The notes under the pieces were generated by a model. It was not told where the DNA came from, ran no database searches, and was given only the letters and a program-made list of their open reading frames with translations. A stretch of 63,931 nucleotides of DNA, counting the filler, from Lama guanicoe (taxonomy: Eukaryota), in NCBI GenBank assembly GCA_013239625.1. It is 76 parts of 73 records of this genome, joined end to end, with 100 filler letters (N's around TTAATTAATTAA, not from the genome) between each part and the next. Parts side by side here need not be neighbours in the genome. Positions count along the whole stretch, not along the records: positions 60,424 to 61,280 come from PNXV01019843.1; positions 61,381 to 61,845 come from PNXV01019847.1; positions 61,946 to 62,805 come from PNXV01019848.1; positions 62,906 to 63,774 come from PNXV01019862.1; positions 63,875 to 63,931 come from MU056373.1; 71 more parts are not named here. One strand, 5' to 3'. A program made the translations under genes and the position numbers. Positions 60,908 through 63,931 of this stretch are shown one piece after another (positions within the stretch are counted from its first letter, which is position 1; each line of letters begins with the position of its first letter).

Positions 60908-61631
60908 ACCTTGAACACTTTCAGGTGTTATGATGGCGGTGCTTGTTGATGTTACGTGTTTTTATAGTAAGAGGGATTAAAGTGGTGAAAGCAGGGCTTG
61001 GTTCAGTTAAAAATGAGCTGAAGGCATGAGGCTGTGACATCCTCCATCCTTCATTCTCCCAGGGTGAAACGTGAGACCATCGATCTTAAAAAGATACTTA
61101 CAGTCCCTAACTAGTCCAGCCCAGCTAGTGTGTGTTAACTGGAACAGCACCACCTGAGGCATTGGACTCCCAGGGACATTGCAGTCCTAAAGAGCTCCTG
61201 GCAAAATCTGGCTTGTTTTTTTTTTTGTTTTGTTTTTTTTTTCTTAAATTGTGGGACAGACTAGTAGTATAGAGGGAAAANNNNNNNNNNNNNNNNNNNN
61301 NNNNNNNNNNNNNNNNNNNNNNNNTTAATTAATTAANNNNNNNNNNNNNNNNNNNNNNNNNNNNNNNNNNNNNNNNNNNNCATACTTTTCTATGTATATA
61401 TATATATAAAATCTCAGCCAAAATATTCTCCCAACCCTTCGCATAGTAGAATATTATGCAGCCATGAAATAGTGTGTCCAGGAAAATATTTTATGACAAG
61501 TCAAAGTGTTATGCTTATGATAAGCTTGAGAATAAAATTAATATATAAAATGATTTGTAATATACAAACAATGCACAGTTCTGAAGGGAAGCATTTTTCT
61601 TATTTTATTTTTTATTCATTTTCAGAGTTGG

Positions 61632-61845
61632 AGTCTTTTGATTGTAGGTGACAAAATCAATCTCCAATGTGCTTAAACAACAACCAAGAAATGGGGATGC
61701 ATGGGATTTGTTGGTTACTGTAAATGAAAACCTGAGGTCTGAGGTCTGGCTTCACTCAAGGGGAGATACTTTAGCCCAGATGATGTCAAGGGCTGTTTTT
61801 GTCCTGTCTTTATTCTGTGTCCAAGGACGTCTCAGCATGCTGCTT
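61632..61845 (-). mobile_element. MLT1K/L-like MaLR LTR relic
   Basis: gattgtaggtgacaaaatcaatctccaatgtgcttaaacaa...ggatttgttggttactgtaaatgaaaa...ggcttca...atgatgtca. Confidence 0.6.
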
Positions 61846-61945
61846 NNNNNNNNNNNNNNNNNNNNNNNNNNNNNNNNNNNNNNNNNNNNTTAATTAATTA
61901 ANNNNNNNNNNNNNNNNNNNNNNNNNNNNNNNNNNNNNNNNNNNN

Positions 61946-62805
61946 TGTATGTAGTGGAGTTTGCCACAGAAGAGAAACTATGTTTTCCCAACAAACAATG
62001 TGAAGCGCGGCTTTAACACACGCTTAAATCTGAAAACTGAGCATGTGAAGTGACGTTCGTCCATCAAGCACAAAGGCAACAGGTTGCAGGAGAAACACTT
62101 ACTCTGGTATATCAGTCTGTTTCCTAGTGCCGCCTTGACGTTCCTGTAGTTTTCACTGTTAAACCGAGTTGGAGCTTGTACCTTCCCATATATATGTATG
62201 GAGTGGTGTTTGCAACTGAAGAGAAACTTTACGTTAGAAACAAGCTAGGTGAAGGACGGATTTCTCACACATTTAATTGTCAAAACTGAGCATGTGGAGA
62301 GACGTTCGTTCATCTAACACAAAGGGAACAGGTTGCAGGATAAACAATTACTCTGTTTTCTCAGTCAAAGTGCCGGTTGGACGTTCCTGCAGTTTTCACT
62401 GTAAAACCGAGTTGGAGCTTGTACCCCCCCATATATGCGTATGTGGTGGATTTGGCAACTAAAGGGAAACTTTGTGTTCCCAACAAGCTAGGTGAAGGAC
62501 GGCTTTAAAACACGCATATCTTTCAGAAATGAGCATGTGGAGAGACGTTCGTTCATCTAGCACAAAGGGAACAGGTTGAAGGTGAAACACTTACTCAGGT
62601 TTCTCTGTGTGTTTCCAAGTGCCGGTTGGACGTTCCTGCAGTTTTCACTGTAAAACCGAGTTGGAGCTTGTACCCCCCCATATATGCGTATGTGGTGGAT
62701 TTGGCAACTAAAGGGAAACTTTGTGTTCCCAACAAGCTAGGTGAAGGACGGCTTTAAAACACGCATATCTTTCAGAAATGAGCATGTGGAGAGACGTTCG
62801 TTCAT
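61946..62805 (+). repeat. Satellite family B
   Basis: ggtgaaggacgg at 62248, 62491, 62740 (243/249 bp). Confidence 0.95.
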
Positions 62806-62905
62806 NNNNNNNNNNNNNNNNNNNNNNNNNNNNNNNNNNNNNNNNNNNNTTAATTAATTAANNNNNNNNNNNNNNNNNNNNNNNNNNNNNNNNNNNNNNN
62901 NNNNN

Positions 62906-63774
62906 TCCTTTGCTGTGCAAAAGCTTATAAGCTTAATTAGGTCCCATTTGTTTACATTTGCTTTTTTTTCTGTTGCCTGGGTAGACTGCCCTAGGAGAAC
63001 TTTACTGAGATTTATGTCAGATAATGTTTTTCCTATGTTTTGTTCGAAGAGGTTTATAGTGTCTTGTCTTATATGTAAGTCTTTAAGCCATTTTGAGTTT
63101 ATTTTTGTATATGGTGTGAGGGAGGGAGTGCTGTAACTTCACTGATTTGCATGCAGCTCTCCAGTTTCCCCACCACCATTTGCTGAGGAGAATGTCTTTA
63201 CTCCATTGTATGGTCTTGCATCTTTGTCAAAGATTAATTGACCAAAAGTTTGTGGGTTTATTTCTGGGCTCTCTATTCTGTTCCATTGATCCATATGTCT
63301 GTTTTTACACCAATACTATGCTTACTGTTTTGATTACTGTAGCTCTGTAGTATTTTCTGACATCTGACTGGGTTATTCCTCCAGCTTCATATTATTCCTC
63401 CAGCTTCATTCTTTTTCTTCAGTTTTGCTTTGACAATAATGGATCTTTCGTTATTCCATACAAATTTTAGGATTATTTGTTCCAGTTCTACGAAAAATGT
63501 CCTGGATATTTTGATAGGGATCACATTAAATCTACAGATTGCTTTGGATAGTATGGCCATTTTGACAATATTAATTTTCCAATCCAGGAACATGGGATAT
63601 CTTTTCATTTCTTTAAGTCCTCTTTAATTTCCTTAATCAATGTTTCATAGTTCTCCACATATAAGTCTTTCTCTTCTTGGTCAGATTAATTCCAAAGTTT
63701 TTAAACAAACAACCCAATCCCCAAGTGGGCAGAAATCCAAACAATTCTCCAATGAAGACATACAAATGGCCAAT
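62906..63774. mobile_element. LINE-1 with an inversion junction: antisense ORF2 (62906-~63701) joined to sense ORF2 (~63703-63774)
   Basis: The antisense part runs from WDLIKLISFCTAK back to the GINLTK region. The sense part (aaacaaacaacccaatcc...FSNEDIQMAN) lies further 3' in ORF2. Confidence 0.88.
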
Positions 63775-63931
63775 NNNNNNNNNNNNNNNNNNNNNNNNNN
63801 NNNNNNNNNNNNNNNNNNTTAATTAATTAANNNNNNNNNNNNNNNNNNNNNNNNNNNNNNNNNNNNNNNNNNNNCTCAGATACCCTAGTAAGTTGTCCAT
63901 GGTCGCAGGCACAAACTCTGCTCTTCCCTCA

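Overview
This window is not contiguous genome. It is about 76 short unplaced mammalian scaffolds (~0.25-1.8 kb) joined by an artificial 100-bp linker (44 N + TTAATTAATTAA + 44 N), so neighbouring fragments have no biological adjacency. A camelid source (alpaca/llama/camel) is inferred from a Vic-1-like tRNA-derived SINE, a camelid-style IGLV3 framework, and no recognisable Alu, Bov-tA/BovB, PRE1 or SINEC. Most fragments are satellite DNA or LINE-1 pieces. The satellites are a ~267-bp GC-rich family (A), a ~249-bp family (B), a diverged ~267-bp family with higher-order structure (C), one very diverged ~247-250-bp array (E) and an AT-rich heptamer satellite (D). MIR, L2, MLT and ERV LTR relics are also present. 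Gene-derived content is an intronless frameshifted ERCC4/XPF retrocopy, a frameshifted intron-flanked TRAPPC9 exon copy, an IGLV3 pseudogene, two unidentified candidate exons and a CpG island with a splice donor. Most ORF-track entries are artefacts of satellites, N-runs and microsatellites. I found no intact novel multi-gene system. The best leads are that satellites A, B, C and E look like one superfamily sharing a conserved box, the higher-order repeats in C and D, the two pseudogene copies, a 95%-identical fold-back palindrome, and several rearranged retroelements. Family assignments rest on remembered consensus sequences, not database searches.
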